From: an uncultured Chloroflexia bacterium
GTDB lineage: Bacteria > Chloroflexota > Anaerolineae > JAAYZQ01
Direction: 5' to 3'
NCBI GenBank assembly: GCA_963700285.1
Contig: CAVOXA010000001.1
Span: 384,001-448,000 of the forward strand
DNA: 64,000 bases
Every line of letters begins with the position of its first letter. Within the stretch, counting starts at the first letter, position 1. Below are positions 39,855 to 50,331 of this stretch, piece by piece. The translations under genes and the position numbers were made by a program. The notes beneath the pieces are model-generated. The model worked only from the letters and a program-made list of their open reading frames with translations, did not search any database and was not told the origin of the DNA.

Positions 39855-40948
39855 GCACTGGCCTCTGCCACCGCGCGGGGCTGGTAGATGCAATAGGGCT
39901 CCTCGGCCAGGTAGTTGCCGGTCAAGCTCAATGCTCGGGCCCGGCAGCCACCGCACACCCGCAGGAATTCACAGACACCACATTTGCCCTGGTAGTGGTC
40001 CAGGTCGCGCAACGATCGGAACAAAGGGGAATCTATGTAGATGTCCTGCAGGCTGCTCTCGCGAAGGTTGCCGGCCACGATGGGGAAATAGCCACAAGGC
40101 GTGACGTCGCCGCGGTGGGAGACGAAACAATAGCCGTCTCCGGCCAGACAGCCGCGAGTCGTGCGATCCATGCCGCCAGGATGCCGGCGGCCGTTGCCGC
40201 CTGGCCGAACCAGGTTGGGCTGCTCCTGATCCTGTCGCCGGTTCTGGGCAACGATGCGCATAAAATGTGGCCCGCAGGTGACGCGGATGGGGATGGGCGA
40301 ATTCTTGGTCATGCCATAGATCTCGTGCAGGATCTGTTCGTACTCTTGCGGTGATACCTCGTCGTCGATCTTGCCCCGGCCCGTGGGCACCAGCATGAAC
40401 AGGTGCCAGGCTTCAGCGCCGATCCGCACCGCCAGATCGCGCACGCCGGGCAGATCGTCCCGTGTCTGGCGCATCACCGTAGTGTTGAGCTGGAAGCCCA
40501 ACCCCAGCTCGCGACAGGTAGCCAGGCCCTCCATGGCCGTCGAAAACGCGCCCGGAACGCCACGGATGGCATCGTGGCGCTCGCTCGTTGAGCCGTCGAT
40601 GCTCACCGAAATGCGCTTTACACCTGCCGCTTTTAGCTTTGTTACAGCTTCGGGAGTTAGCAGGGTTCCGTTGGGGGAGACCGCCACCCGCAACCCTTGT
40701 TGCGTACCATAGGCCGCGATCTCATAGATATCGGGCCGCATCAAAGGCTCGCCACCGCTGATGACAAAGATCGGCCGGCCAAAGTCGGCCAGTTGGTCTA
40801 TCAAGCCAAAGACCTCTTTGGTCGTCATTTCATCCGGCTCGGGCGCGGTCTGAGCACTGGCCCTGCAATGGACGCAGGCCAGATTGCAGGCTACAGTTGA
40901 CTCCCAAGCTACGACGTGGGGGCCCTTGACTTTGTGAGACGCGTCCAT
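39851..40948 (-). CDS. ahbD: Radical SAM heme b synthase
   Basis: WESTVACNLACVHC, FMLVPTGRG, TCGPH, SPASM Cys cluster; operon context. Confidence 0.85.
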   Translation of the reverse strand: MDASHKVKGPHVVAWESTVACNLACVHCRASAQTAPEPDEMTTKEVFGLIDQLADFGRPIFVISGGEPLMRPDIYEIAAYGTQQGLRVAVSPNGTLLTPEAVTKLKAAGVKRISVSIDGSTSERHDAIRGVPGAFSTAMEGLATCRELGLGFQLNTTVMRQTRDDLPGVRDLAVRIGAEAWHLFMLVPTGRGKIDDEVSPQEYEQILHEIYGMTKNSPIPIRVTCGPHFMRIVAQNRRQDQEQPNLVRPGGNGRRHPGGMDRTTRGCLAGDGYCFVSHRGDVTPCGYFPIVAGNLRESSLQDIYIDSPLFRSLRDLDHYQGKCGVCEFLRVCGGCRARALSLTGNYLAEEPYCIYQPRAVAEASA

Positions 40949-40962
40949 GCTTCTGATCCTTT

Positions 40963-41985
40963 CTATTGAGCGCCGAGCCAGCGGACAGCATCCTTAGCCC
41001 AGTAAGTGATGATCATGTCGGCTCCAGCCCGCTTGATGCTGGTCAAGCACTCCAGGGCAACCCTTCTTTCATCCAGCCAGCCCCGCTGGGCAGCCGCCTT
41101 GACCATGCTGAACTCGCCGCTCACGTTGTAGGCCGCCACCGGCAGATCAAAAGTGTCCCGTACCTGATGGATCACATCCAAGTAGGACAGGGCGGGCTTG
41201 ACCATGACTACGTCGGCCCCTTCGGCGACGTCCAGTGCCACCTCCCGCAGCGCCTCCCTGGCGTTGGCCGGGTCCATCTGGTACCCGCTACGGTCGCCAA
41301 ATGCCGGCGGCGAGTCGGCTGCGTCCCGGAACGGACCATAGAAGGCCGAGGCATATTTGGCAGCGTAGGACATGATGCCCACGCACTCATAGTGGGTATT
41401 GTCCAGCGCTGTGCGGATGGCACCGACCCGTCCATCCATCATGTCTGAAGGGGCGACCATGTCAGCGCCGGCCTCGGCGTGGCTCATGGCCACCTTGCTT
41501 AGAATCTCGAGTGTGGCGTCGTTGTCCAGACATCCACCAGGCAGACCCTTGCCCTTGCAGTAGGCCGGGTGATCGTGGATGATGCCACAGTGCCCATGGC
41601 TGGTATACTCGCACATGCACACGTCGGTGATGACAAATATCTCCGGGACAGCGTCTTTGATAGCTCTGATGGCCTGCTGGACGATGCCTTCGGGATCAAA
41701 GTTCTCCAGTCCAATGGGGTCCTTTTCGGCCGGCAAGCCAAAGAGGATGACAGATGGGATACCCAGCCTGGCAATCTCCTCCACCTCAGCCGCAAGCCGG
41801 TCCGCGGACCAATGATAGTTGCCTGGCATAGAGCTGATTTCCGACTTGACGTTCTGACCGTGGACCACAAAAAGGGGGTAGATCAGGTCAGCCGGATGCA
41901 CCCAGGTCTCCTGCATCATGCGGCGGAAATTGGGGCTGCATCGCAGCCGGCGCGGACGGTTCTGCGGATAAGGGCTATGTTCCAT
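40963..41985 (-). CDS. hemB: Porphobilinogen synthase
   Basis: [43 protein letters not shown]. Confidence 0.97.
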   Translation of the reverse strand: MEHSPYPQNRPRRLRCSPNFRRMMQETWVHPADLIYPLFVVHGQNVKSEISSMPGNYHWSADRLAAEVEEIARLGIPSVILFGLPAEKDPIGLENFDPEGIVQQAIRAIKDAVPEIFVITDVCMCEYTSHGHCGIIHDHPAYCKGKGLPGGCLDNDATLEILSKVAMSHAEAGADMVAPSDMMDGRVGAIRTALDNTHYECVGIMSYAAKYASAFYGPFRDAADSPPAFGDRSGYQMDPANAREALREVALDVAEGADVVMVKPALSYLDVIHQVRDTFDLPVAAYNVSGEFSMVKAAAQRGWLDERRVALECLTSIKRAGADMIITYWAKDAVRWLGAQ

Positions 41986-43165
41986 TGAGACCTATCTCCT
42001 CGTCGGTGAGATAGCAGGCAGGGTCCGGCGCCCACACGTCGTCATGGACCGCCTCGGCCCGGACGCGAAAGTTGCCATTGCAGATGTCCAGATACTGGCA
42101 GGCGGCGCATCGGCCCTTCAGTAGCGGCTTGCGGTCCTTCAGACCCGCCATCAATGGGTCGCTGGTGTCGGTCCAGATCTGGCTGAAGGGTCGCTGGCGA
42201 ACATTGCCAAAGCTGTAATGCTGCCAAAACTGGTCGGCGTGGACGTTCCCCAGATGGTCCACTGCACCGATACCGATGCCGGTTGAGTTTCCGCCGTTCC
42301 AGCGCAGCAGTTGGAGTACCTCTTCTGCCCGCTCTGGCTGTTGTTCCTGGATACGTCGCAGCAGATAGGGTCCATCGGTGTGATTGTCCACCGTGAGAAT
42401 CTCAATGTCCACGCCCCGCCGCGAAAAATCCTCAGTCCGGGTCAGGATCAGGTCAACGGCAGCGCGACTCTCCTCAAGGGAAAGGTCATCGGTCTGGATG
42501 CGTGCACCCCGTCCGGCATAGACCAGGTGGTAGAAACAAGCGCGCCGGATCTCTTCTTCCTCCAGCAGGTCAAAGATCGCATTGAGGTCCTCGTAGTTGT
42601 GGCGGTTGAGGGTCAGTCGCAGACCGGTACGCACCCCCACGTCGGCACAGGCACGGATGCCGGCCAGCGCGGCGTCAAAGGCGCCGGACATGCCCCGAAA
42701 ACGATCGTTGGTCTCGTCGATGCCGTCCAGGCTGATCCCGACGTAGGAGAAACCAGCCTCCTTGATGCGGGCTGCCGCATCCAGGTCTATGAGGGTACCG
42801 TTGGTCGAGATCACTGTGCGCAAGCCGCGCTCGACAGCGTAGGCCCCCAGCTCAAAGAGGTCGTGTCTCATCAGGGGCTCTCCGCCGGAGAAGAGGAACA
42901 CGGGCACGCCAAAGGCGGCCAGGTCATCGATCATTGTTTGGGCCTCGGCCGTCGTCATCTCGTCCGAGTCAGCCTGGGATCGGGCGGTGTAGTAACAGTG
43001 AATGCAGCGAAGGTTGCAGGCCTTGGTGCTATTCCAGACGACGATGGGTTTCTTGTCGTGGGTAAACTGTAGTAGGTGGCTCGGTGAGCGGTCGGAGCGC
43101 CGGCCGTAGCGCAGCGCGTCCGAAGGCGTCACTGTACCGCACAGCAATTTTGTTACGCCAATCAT
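41975..43165 (-). CDS. ahbC: Radical SAM Fe-coproporphyrin synthase (NirJ1-like)
   Basis: [50 protein letters not shown]. Confidence 0.88.
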   Translation of the reverse strand: MIGVTKLLCGTVTPSDALRYGRRSDRSPSHLLQFTHDKKPIVVWNSTKACNLRCIHCYYTARSQADSDEMTTAEAQTMIDDLAAFGVPVFLFSGGEPLMRHDLFELGAYAVERGLRTVISTNGTLIDLDAAARIKEAGFSYVGISLDGIDETNDRFRGMSGAFDAALAGIRACADVGVRTGLRLTLNRHNYEDLNAIFDLLEEEEIRRACFYHLVYAGRGARIQTDDLSLEESRAAVDLILTRTEDFSRRGVDIEILTVDNHTDGPYLLRRIQEQQPERAEEVLQLLRWNGGNSTGIGIGAVDHLGNVHADQFWQHYSFGNVRQRPFSQIWTDTSDPLMAGLKDRKPLLKGRCAACQYLDICNGNFRVRAEAVHDDVWAPDPACYLTDEEIGLNGT

Positions 43166-43274
43166 GAGGTTACAATCTCGTCCTTTCCGGCAGAGTTCTT
43201 GGGTCAGAAAAATACGCACGGGATTCGCGACCCGGGGCAGATTCCCCCCCGCGGGGGGTTGGTACTCGGCAGGC

Positions 43275-44807
43275 CTACGTAGCAGAATCTGTTGGCGCAG
43301 AATACTGAACCAATGCTTGCACCAGGCCATCAATCGTATATTCCATGGCTATGACGTCTACGGTCAGGCCCATCTCTCGTGCTGTCTGGGCTGTGACAGG
43401 GCCGATGCAAGCGACTACAGTACTTTTCAGCGTACGAGGCATATCAAGTCCTGCGTCATTAGCCATCGCTGCCAGGTTGCGTACGGTCGAGGAGCTGGTG
43501 AATGTCACCGCAGTAATCCCATCCAAAAGGTCGTGCAGCTCACGAGCCTCCATCTCTGGTCGCAGTGTGCGGTAGGCCGTGGTTTCTACAATGTCAGCGC
43601 CTGCCTTTCGCAACAGATAGGCCAGCGCCGGGCGGGCGATGTCAGCGCGAGGTAGCAGCACACGGCGACCGCGCATGTCCTCCAACCCTGCGGCGACGGC
43701 TTCGGCCACATACTCCTGTGGCACATAGTCGGGCCGCAGGCCGCGCGCCTCCAATTCCCCGGCCGTGGCCGGCCCGATGGCTGCCAGTTTGACCCCGTAG
43801 AGCGCCCGTGCGTCCAGTCCCGCGTGGGCTAGCCGCTCCCAGAAGAACCGGACGCCATTGACACTGGTAAAGATGATCCAGCCAAAAGTCGAAAGTTCCC
43901 CGATGGCCCCATCGAGCGGCGCCCAATCATTGGCTGGCGCGATACGAATGGTTGGTAGCTCGACCGTTTCAGCACCCAAGTCGCGCAGCCGGGCTGAGAG
44001 AATACTGGCCTGCTCGCGAGTACGGGTGACCAGCACGCGGTGACCAAAGAGGGGGCGATCTTCAAACCACCGCAATCGCTCACGCAGCGCTGCTACCTGG
44101 CCAATTACGGTAACAGCAGGTGGCTTGAGGTCTACCGCTTGTACTCTCTCCACAATGTCGGACAGCGAACCGGTCACGGTCTCCTGAGATGGCATGGTGC
44201 CCCAGCGCACGATGGCGACTGGCGTCTCCGCAGGACGACCGTGAGTGATCAACTGCTCCACGATCTGGTCCAAGTGCCCGACGCCCATTAGAAAGATCAA
44301 GGTGTCCACGCCTGCGGCCAGGTGCTGCCAGTCCATGGCTGATCTGCCCTTGGTCGGGTCCTCGTGGCCGGTGATGACGGCAAAGCTGCTGGCCAGCCCG
44401 CGGTGAGTGATTGGGATCCCAGCATAGGCAGGCGCGGCCACGGCGCTGCTCACCCCGGGGATCACTTCGAATGATACCCCTGCCTCAACGAGGGCCAGGG
44501 CCTCCTCGCCGCCACGGCCAAAGACGAAGGGATCGCCGCCTTTCAGACGGGCTACCCGTCGGCCTCTCTGCGCCAAATCGACCAACAGGGTATTGATTTC
44601 ATCCTGGGTCCGTGTATGGGCGCGCGCCTTTTTGCCCACATAGATCTGCTCCGCCTCCGGCCGGGCATGGGCCAGCAGGGCAGGGTTGGCCAGATAGTCA
44701 TAGACCACTACATCAGCGGCAGCTAGAGACGCCGCACCTTGTAGGGTCAGCAGTCCGGGGTCGCCCGGTCCAGCCCCGATCAGGGAGACGAACCCGCTAG
44801 CTTCCAT
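43275..44807 (-). CDS. cobA: Uroporphyrinogen-III methyltransferase / synthase fusion (CobA-HemD)
   Basis: GAGPGDPGLLT, RLKGGDPFVFGRGGEE; HemD part VLVTR..FTSVNGV..FTSSSTV. Confidence 0.93.
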   Translation of the reverse strand: MEASGFVSLIGAGPGDPGLLTLQGAASLAAADVVVYDYLANPALLAHARPEAEQIYVGKKARAHTRTQDEINTLLVDLAQRGRRVARLKGGDPFVFGRGGEEALALVEAGVSFEVIPGVSSAVAAPAYAGIPITHRGLASSFAVITGHEDPTKGRSAMDWQHLAAGVDTLIFLMGVGHLDQIVEQLITHGRPAETPVAIVRWGTMPSQETVTGSLSDIVERVQAVDLKPPAVTVIGQVAALRERLRWFEDRPLFGHRVLVTRTREQASILSARLRDLGAETVELPTIRIAPANDWAPLDGAIGELSTFGWIIFTSVNGVRFFWERLAHAGLDARALYGVKLAAIGPATAGELEARGLRPDYVPQEYVAEAVAAGLEDMRGRRVLLPRADIARPALAYLLRKAGADIVETTAYRTLRPEMEARELHDLLDGITAVTFTSSSTVRNLAAMANDAGLDMPRTLKSTVVACIGPVTAQTAREMGLTVDVIAMEYTIDGLVQALVQYSAPTDSAT

Positions 44808-45732
44808 GCCGAACCTCATCCAGAACTTCCGCGCCACCCGCAGCCAGTACCCGCTCTGCCAGTTCGGTGCCGAGGCGCATGGGGTTTGTAGCAGGCCCGT
44901 GGATCTCGTCACCGACCAGCCGGGTGCCGTCCAGCGAGGCGACCAGACCCCGAAGGTAGAGTTGATCTCCATCCGCTTCCCCGTAGGCGGCGATGGGTAC
45001 CTGGCAGCCGCCCTCCAGGCAGTGCAGAAAGGCGCGCTCGGCGGAGGTTGCCTGGCGGGTGGGTGCGTGGTCGAGTGGGGCAAGCATCCGCTGCGTCGCG
45101 TCGTCCCCTGCCCTGACTTCAACGCACAATGCGCCCTGGCCAACCGCGGGGAGCACAAGATCTACCGGCAGATATTGCCCTATCACGCCCCCATATCCCA
45201 GCCGGAGGAGACCGGCGGCGGCCAGTACCACGGCGTCGTATTGGCCCGAGTACAGCTTGCGCAGCCGCGTGTCCACGTTGCCCCGCAGGTCACGGACTTG
45301 AAGGTCAGGCCGGAGCGCCAGTACCTGCGCCTTTCGACGGAGGCTGCTGGTGCCGACGATTGCTTCCTCTGGCAAACCGGCCAGATCTGTCCGCTTCCCG
45401 CGCACGACAAGGGCGTCACGGGCATCAGCCCGGGCCAGAACCCCGCCCAAGGCCAGTCCGATGGGTAGCTCTGTTGGCATGTCCTTGAGGCTGTGAACGG
45501 CCAAGTCGATCTCGCCGGCCAGCAGCGCATTCTCGATTTCTTTGACGAATAACCCCTTGCCGCCCACCTGCGATAGGGCCCGGTCCCGGACCAGATCGCC
45601 ATGGGTCTCGATTGTCTTCAGCTGAGGGTCGAGGTGTGGATAGATAGCTCGCAATCGGTCGATGACGTGCTTGGCCTGCCAAAGCGCCAGCGCACTGCCT
45701 CGGGTTCCAACGATAAGTGTTTGTGTAGACAT
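44797..45732 (-). CDS. hemC: Hydroxymethylbilane synthase
   Basis: GTRGSALALWQ, KGLFVKE, VHSLKD, GTSSLRR, LEGGCQVP. Confidence 0.97.
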   Translation of the reverse strand: MSTQTLIVGTRGSALALWQAKHVIDRLRAIYPHLDPQLKTIETHGDLVRDRALSQVGGKGLFVKEIENALLAGEIDLAVHSLKDMPTELPIGLALGGVLARADARDALVVRGKRTDLAGLPEEAIVGTSSLRRKAQVLALRPDLQVRDLRGNVDTRLRKLYSGQYDAVVLAAAGLLRLGYGGVIGQYLPVDLVLPAVGQGALCVEVRAGDDATQRMLAPLDHAPTRQATSAERAFLHCLEGGCQVPIAAYGEADGDQLYLRGLVASLDGTRLVGDEIHGPATNPMRLGTELAERVLAAGGAEVLDEVRHGS

Positions 45733-45735
45733 GGG

Positions 45736-46566
45736 CTATGAATTGAATAGAAAGTTGTGATGGCTGCCAGGCATAAGCAGATCTGCTCCGACAAAGGTGA
45801 TGAGTACCGAGAAAAAGCCAGCGACCAGGAGCCAAGCCCCCCGGCGATCTTGCCAACCGGCGCTGTGCCGGGCGAAAAAGTAGAGGGCGTAGATGAGCCA
45901 GGTGACCAGCGAGGCGACCTGTTGCGGCTCCCAGGGCCAGACGATGCCCCATGCTTTCTCTGCCCACAGAGAACCACTGATCAAGGCTCCAGTCATGAGT
46001 ACCAAGCCCACGATGGCCAAACGGCTCTGCAATGCCTCAAGAGTCTCTAGAGATGGCAGCCGGCGGGCCCACAGCCAATGACCTGGCTCTCTGATCGACC
46101 GCAGTTGCAGCAAATAGGTGAGTGCTGCGATGAAGGCCAAACTGAACATGGCATATGCCGCAAATGAGATGCTCACGTGGACGGGCAACCAATGGCTCTG
46201 TAGCACGGGCACCAGCGGCTTGATCCCTTTGGGCAACACCGAAGCGACAAGAATACTGAGTAGTGCGAGCGGTGTAACAAAGACACCCAGCATAGCATGC
46301 CGCCGCAGCGGCGGGATCAGAAGGTAGGCGACACCCAGACCCCAGGCATAGAGGGAAAAGGCCTCAAACCCGTTGGACAGTGGGGCATAGCCCGCTTCGA
46401 TCCAGCGCAGTAGGATGGCCAGACCGTGGAGTAGCACGGCCACCGCCAGTGTCAGGCGAGCCAATCGCTCGCTCCCCCTGCTGCCGCTGATCCAGCAGGC
46501 GACAAAGGCCACTGTGCTAGCCGCATAGAAAAGCGCCGCAAGAAGAAAGAAAACAACGTTAGCCAT
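45736..46566 (-). CDS. ccsA: CcsA/HemX-like cytochrome c assembly membrane protein
   Basis: Multiple TMs, LQSHWLPVH, SGSLWA..WG..WPWEP (WWD-like), C-terminal His. Confidence 0.8.
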   Translation of the reverse strand: MANVVFFLLAALFYAASTVAFVACWISGSRGSERLARLTLAVAVLLHGLAILLRWIEAGYAPLSNGFEAFSLYAWGLGVAYLLIPPLRRHAMLGVFVTPLALLSILVASVLPKGIKPLVPVLQSHWLPVHVSISFAAYAMFSLAFIAALTYLLQLRSIREPGHWLWARRLPSLETLEALQSRLAIVGLVLMTGALISGSLWAEKAWGIVWPWEPQQVASLVTWLIYALYFFARHSAGWQDRRGAWLLVAGFFSVLITFVGADLLMPGSHHNFLFNS

Positions 46567-47875
46567 GACCATTTTCTTCTTCCGGTCCACAACCACCGTC
46601 TTTGATACCAAAGAGGTCACGGACCGCTTCCGTATAGTGGTAGGCATGGCGCCCGTTGTCCTGCTGTTTGAGACGGACCGTCGGCTGGTGCAAGATCTTG
46701 TTGACCAATCGCCGGCTAAAGGCCAGAACCACGCTGCGCTCCTCTTCTGAAAGATGCTCAAGCTTGGGCATGGCCCATTGCAGTTCCGTCTCACGAATGA
46801 GATCCAGGTGCTGCCGGAGGTCTACGATCGTCGGAACCACGTCTCGAGCGCGAAACCAGTCAAGAAATGCGGCGGTCTCTTGTCCGATGATCGACCGCAC
46901 GTGGGGTACCTGGCGGCGGCGCTGCGCCAAGTTCGACTCGATTACCTGCTGTAAATCATCGATGTCATACAGAAACACATTGTTCAGCTCGCCCACGCCT
47001 GGCTCGACATCGCGGGGCACGGCGATGTCGATGACGAACATCGGCCGATTGCGCCGCATGCGCATGGCGGCTTTGACAGTATCGGCGCGAAGAATCGCGT
47101 GCGGGGCAGCCGTGGAACTGATGACAATGTCGGATCGCCACAGCGCCTGGGTAAGATGATCCCAGCCCATCGCCTCGCCACCATATTTCTTGGCCAGGCT
47201 TGCACCGCGGCCGGCGCTGCGATTCACTATCAACAGCTTGCCGACACCATTGTCTACCAGATTCTTGGCAGCCAATTCGGCCATCTCGCCCGCGCCGACA
47301 AGGACAGCGGTCTTGGTGGCCAGGCCGTCAAAGATCTGCAAGGCCAGTTCGACGGCGACATGGCTGATTGAGGCTGCGTGTCTGTTGATAGCTGTCTCGG
47401 TGCGCGCTCGCTTGCCCGCCCGGACCGCCGTGCGGAACAGAGCGTTGACCACCGGGCCGGCAGCGCCGTAAGCCAGCGCCAACTGGTGAGCCTGGACGAC
47501 CTGTCCCTGGATCTGCGACTCGCCCAGTACCATGGAGTCCAGCCCACAGGCAACCTCGCAGAGGTGCTCCACGGCCAATTCGTCTTGACGAACCTGCAGG
47601 TGGGGATCAAATACTTCCCGGGGCGTACCTGAAACCTTGGCAAGATAGCTGCGGATGTCCTGCTGGCCGCAATCGGCAGATTCAACGACTGCGTATACCT
47701 CCAGGCGATTGCAGGTGGACAGTATTGCCCCTTCCAGGGCGTAGGCCGGGCCGCAGCCATTGTTTGGGCACAAGGTTCGGAGCCCGGACGGGACACTGTC
47801 TTCAGCAAGTGCCAACTGTTCTCGAATCTCGACTGGTGCGGTCTGGTGACTCAAACCGACTTGTAGAATCTGCAT
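46559..47875 (-). CDS. hemA: Glutamyl-tRNA reductase
   Basis: GLSHQTAP, STCNRLE, GLDSMVLGESQI, GAGEMA, DIAVPRD. Confidence 0.97.
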   Translation of the reverse strand: MQILQVGLSHQTAPVEIREQLALAEDSVPSGLRTLCPNNGCGPAYALEGAILSTCNRLEVYAVVESADCGQQDIRSYLAKVSGTPREVFDPHLQVRQDELAVEHLCEVACGLDSMVLGESQIQGQVVQAHQLALAYGAAGPVVNALFRTAVRAGKRARTETAINRHAASISHVAVELALQIFDGLATKTAVLVGAGEMAELAAKNLVDNGVGKLLIVNRSAGRGASLAKKYGGEAMGWDHLTQALWRSDIVISSTAAPHAILRADTVKAAMRMRRNRPMFVIDIAVPRDVEPGVGELNNVFLYDIDDLQQVIESNLAQRRRQVPHVRSIIGQETAAFLDWFRARDVVPTIVDLRQHLDLIRETELQWAMPKLEHLSEEERSVVLAFSRRLVNKILHQPTVRLKQQDNGRHAYHYTEAVRDLFGIKDGGCGPEEENGHG

Positions 47876-47894
47876 TGATATCCTTGGGTCCTGG

Positions 47895-48533
47895 TCAGCA
47901 ACATGTCTCGATGATCGTCTGTGCGCACCGACGGGCATTCTCGGGCTGGCCAGATCGCAGCAACTCGATGATTTCGGAATCCAACAGTGCCTCCCAGATC
48001 TCTCTCCTCTGGGCGGGATCGAGGACTTGTTCCCTTACGGCGGGGCGTAGGTCGGCCAGCAGGGCTAGATATGGCTCATATGCTGCGTCGAACTGTTGCT
48101 CAAGGACCTGGCGTATGCGCCGGGCGAGTAGGGGGCTACTACCCCCGGTGGAGACGCTGACAGTAAGTGCGCCACGGCGTACACTAGCTGGAACATGGAA
48201 ATTGCAGCGTTCTGGATCATCTACGACGTTAACCAGACAGCCTATCGCCTGCGCCTCTTGCCACACCGATTCATTGGTATCTGGATCGTCGGTGGCCGCA
48301 ATGACCAGTCGTGCGCCGGCGAGATCTCCAAACTGGTATTCCCGGCGAATTGTCTCAATCTTGCCGGCGTCAGCCTGTTCCTGAAGGGTCTGGCCCAAGT
48401 CCGGACTGATCACGATGGGACGGGCGCCGGCAGCTTGCAGACCAGCCACTTTGCGGGCTGCAACTTTCCCACCACCAACTACCATACAGCGGGCGAAATG
48501 CAAATTCACGACAGCAATAGGATAGTCGCCCAT
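47895..48533 (-). CDS. Precorrin-2 dehydrogenase / sirohydrochlorin ferrochelatase (CysG N-terminal, SirC/Met8-like)
   Basis: VVGGGKVAARK, IAATDD, VNVVDDP, VSTGGSSPLLA. Confidence 0.9.
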   Translation of the reverse strand: MGDYPIAVVNLHFARCMVVGGGKVAARKVAGLQAAGARPIVISPDLGQTLQEQADAGKIETIRREYQFGDLAGARLVIAATDDPDTNESVWQEAQAIGCLVNVVDDPERCNFHVPASVRRGALTVSVSTGGSSPLLARRIRQVLEQQFDAAYEPYLALLADLRPAVREQVLDPAQRREIWEALLDSEIIELLRSGQPENARRCAQTIIETCC

Positions 48534-48535
48534 AA

Positions 48536-49189
48536 CTATGTCCCTGCACCCAACAGGCGGCGGTATGTCGCCTCGTAGCTGGCCAGACAGGCATACATGA
48601 CTTCATCCAGGAAGTGACGCAGCTGCCGGTGAATGCGCACGTCTTCGTTGTCGTATTGACCATGGCTAGCTTGACCGGGCCTGGCCGCTCGCAGCAATGA
48701 CTCACGGAAGAAGAACAGCGCGCGCACAGTGTCCACGAGCGACATCTCGTGTTGGGCGCATTCTTGTCCGTAGAGCTCGCCGATGCGTCGCCCCTCCTGA
48801 AGAACAGGCTCGTAGTCCCTGGTTCGGCCCATGTACTGGACCGCTAGCCCAAAGAGCCTGCGGCCTGTATCGCGCATCTGCTGGCGGTCCTCTTCTTGCT
48901 CAAAAGCCATGTACCACGACTCGTTCGATACATGTTGCGTGGCCATCTCCTGGCGAGCGTAGCCCACTGCACTTTGCACCAGAGTTTCTGACTGAGGCGC
49001 CAGAGCAAGTGTCTGCTTGCCTTCCATCCAGGCGATAAGGTCACTGGTCCTAAATCGCCTGTGCCCGCCTGGCGTACGGAAGCAAGGGATGTCCCCCGAA
49101 TCGGCCCAGCGCCGCAGCGTGGTTGGATGCGCGCCGACCAGTGAACCGGCTTCGGACAAAGAGAGCCATTGTTTTCTTTCGAAAGGCAT
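48536..49189 (-). CDS. MerR/Xis(BldC)-type HTH regulator with helical C-terminal domain
   Basis: WLSLSEAGSLVGAHPTTLRRWADSG..RTPGGHRRF; first gene of the heme operon. Confidence 0.85.
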   Translation of the reverse strand: MPFERKQWLSLSEAGSLVGAHPTTLRRWADSGDIPCFRTPGGHRRFRTSDLIAWMEGKQTLALAPQSETLVQSAVGYARQEMATQHVSNESWYMAFEQEEDRQQMRDTGRRLFGLAVQYMGRTRDYEPVLQEGRRIGELYGQECAQHEMSLVDTVRALFFFRESLLRAARPGQASHGQYDNEDVRIHRQLRHFLDEVMYACLASYEATYRRLLGAGT

Positions 49190-49273
49190 CGATGTCACCA
49201 TTGCGTAATGCAATCTCGGAATTCTGACTGTGAATGTAGATTTATCTGCGCAAACCTAACTAAAAGTAGGCGC

Positions 49274-49302
49274 ACATTAGCATAGTTGCATATCATTGTC
49301 AA
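49274..49302 (-). promoter_or_regulatory. Putative sigma70 promoter of the heme operon
   Basis: Minus strand TTGACA-17 nt-TAATGT with a TG extension. Confidence 0.5.
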
Positions 49303-49485
49303 ATCTCTAGGGCGGTTGCGTCCAACAGGGCGCAGGTTGGGGAGGCTGGTTCGCGCTCCTGGGCACGGGCGGTGACATGGGAGGGGATGGTGAGACTCCT
49401 GCGCAGAGCGGAAAACGAATCGGTTCAAAGGGGCAGCTTGTCGCTGGGTACTGCTTGTGCTAGAATACTCGTATTCGAGGTATCA

Positions 49486-50319
49486 ATGCAACCATAGTAC
49501 TCTCCACCGGATCCCTAACTATGGCATTGCCCGTACCTTGAGCTGGCGGCACAGGCAGGTTTTGACGCCGTCGAGGTCATGGTCGATCACCGCTGGGACA
49601 GCCGCCAGCCGGCCTATTTGCAGCGCCTGGTCCGAGACCACGATCTTCCCGTAGCGGCCATCCATAGCCCCATCGTGCCCCACGTGCCCGGCTGGCTGCA
49701 CGATCCGATGGGGCGTCTGCAAGAGTCGGCTAATCTGGCTCAGGCGGTGGGGGCGGGGGTCGTGGTTGCGCACCTGCCGATGCGTATCCGCGCGGCAAGG
49801 ATAGCATTCTTTGGCTTCCGTGCCAAGCCACTGTTGGTTCCTATCTTTCTTCCCACCGATAGGGACTACCGGCGTTTCTTGCAGGATGGGTTGGCCCAAT
49901 TTGAGGCTGACAATGACATCATCGTCGGCGTGGAGAACATGCCTGCCAAGCGCCTTCTGGGACGCCGGGTGAGCATTTACTCTCTCAACGGGCTGGATGT
50001 CCTGGCCGGCCTGCCCCACCTGACATTGGATACGACCCACCTCGGTACCTGGGGCCTGGATCCACTGGCTGTCTACGAACGGCTCAAGGCGCGTATCGTC
50101 CATGTGCACCTGTCCAATTTTAACGGGCAGGAACACCGGCTGCCGGGGGATGGGCATCTACCTTTGGGGGGACTGCTGCAGCGATTGACCCGAGATGGCT
50201 ATGAGGGCGCAGTTTCCCTGGAATTTGACCCAGATGTGCTTCAGGCTGAGAATGAGGCACGGGTGCGGGACCATCTGTGCCAAGCGGTGCGTTTCTGCCG
50301 GCAATACATGGCCGGCTAG
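49486..50319 (+). CDS. Sugar phosphate isomerase/epimerase TIM-barrel protein (5' end frameshifted)
   Basis: IVLSTGSL / YGIART / ELAAQAGFDAVEVM lie in shifting frames; VENMP, LDTTH, HVHLS, HRLPGDG. Confidence 0.8.
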
Positions 50320-50331
50320 GCCAGCAGGATC

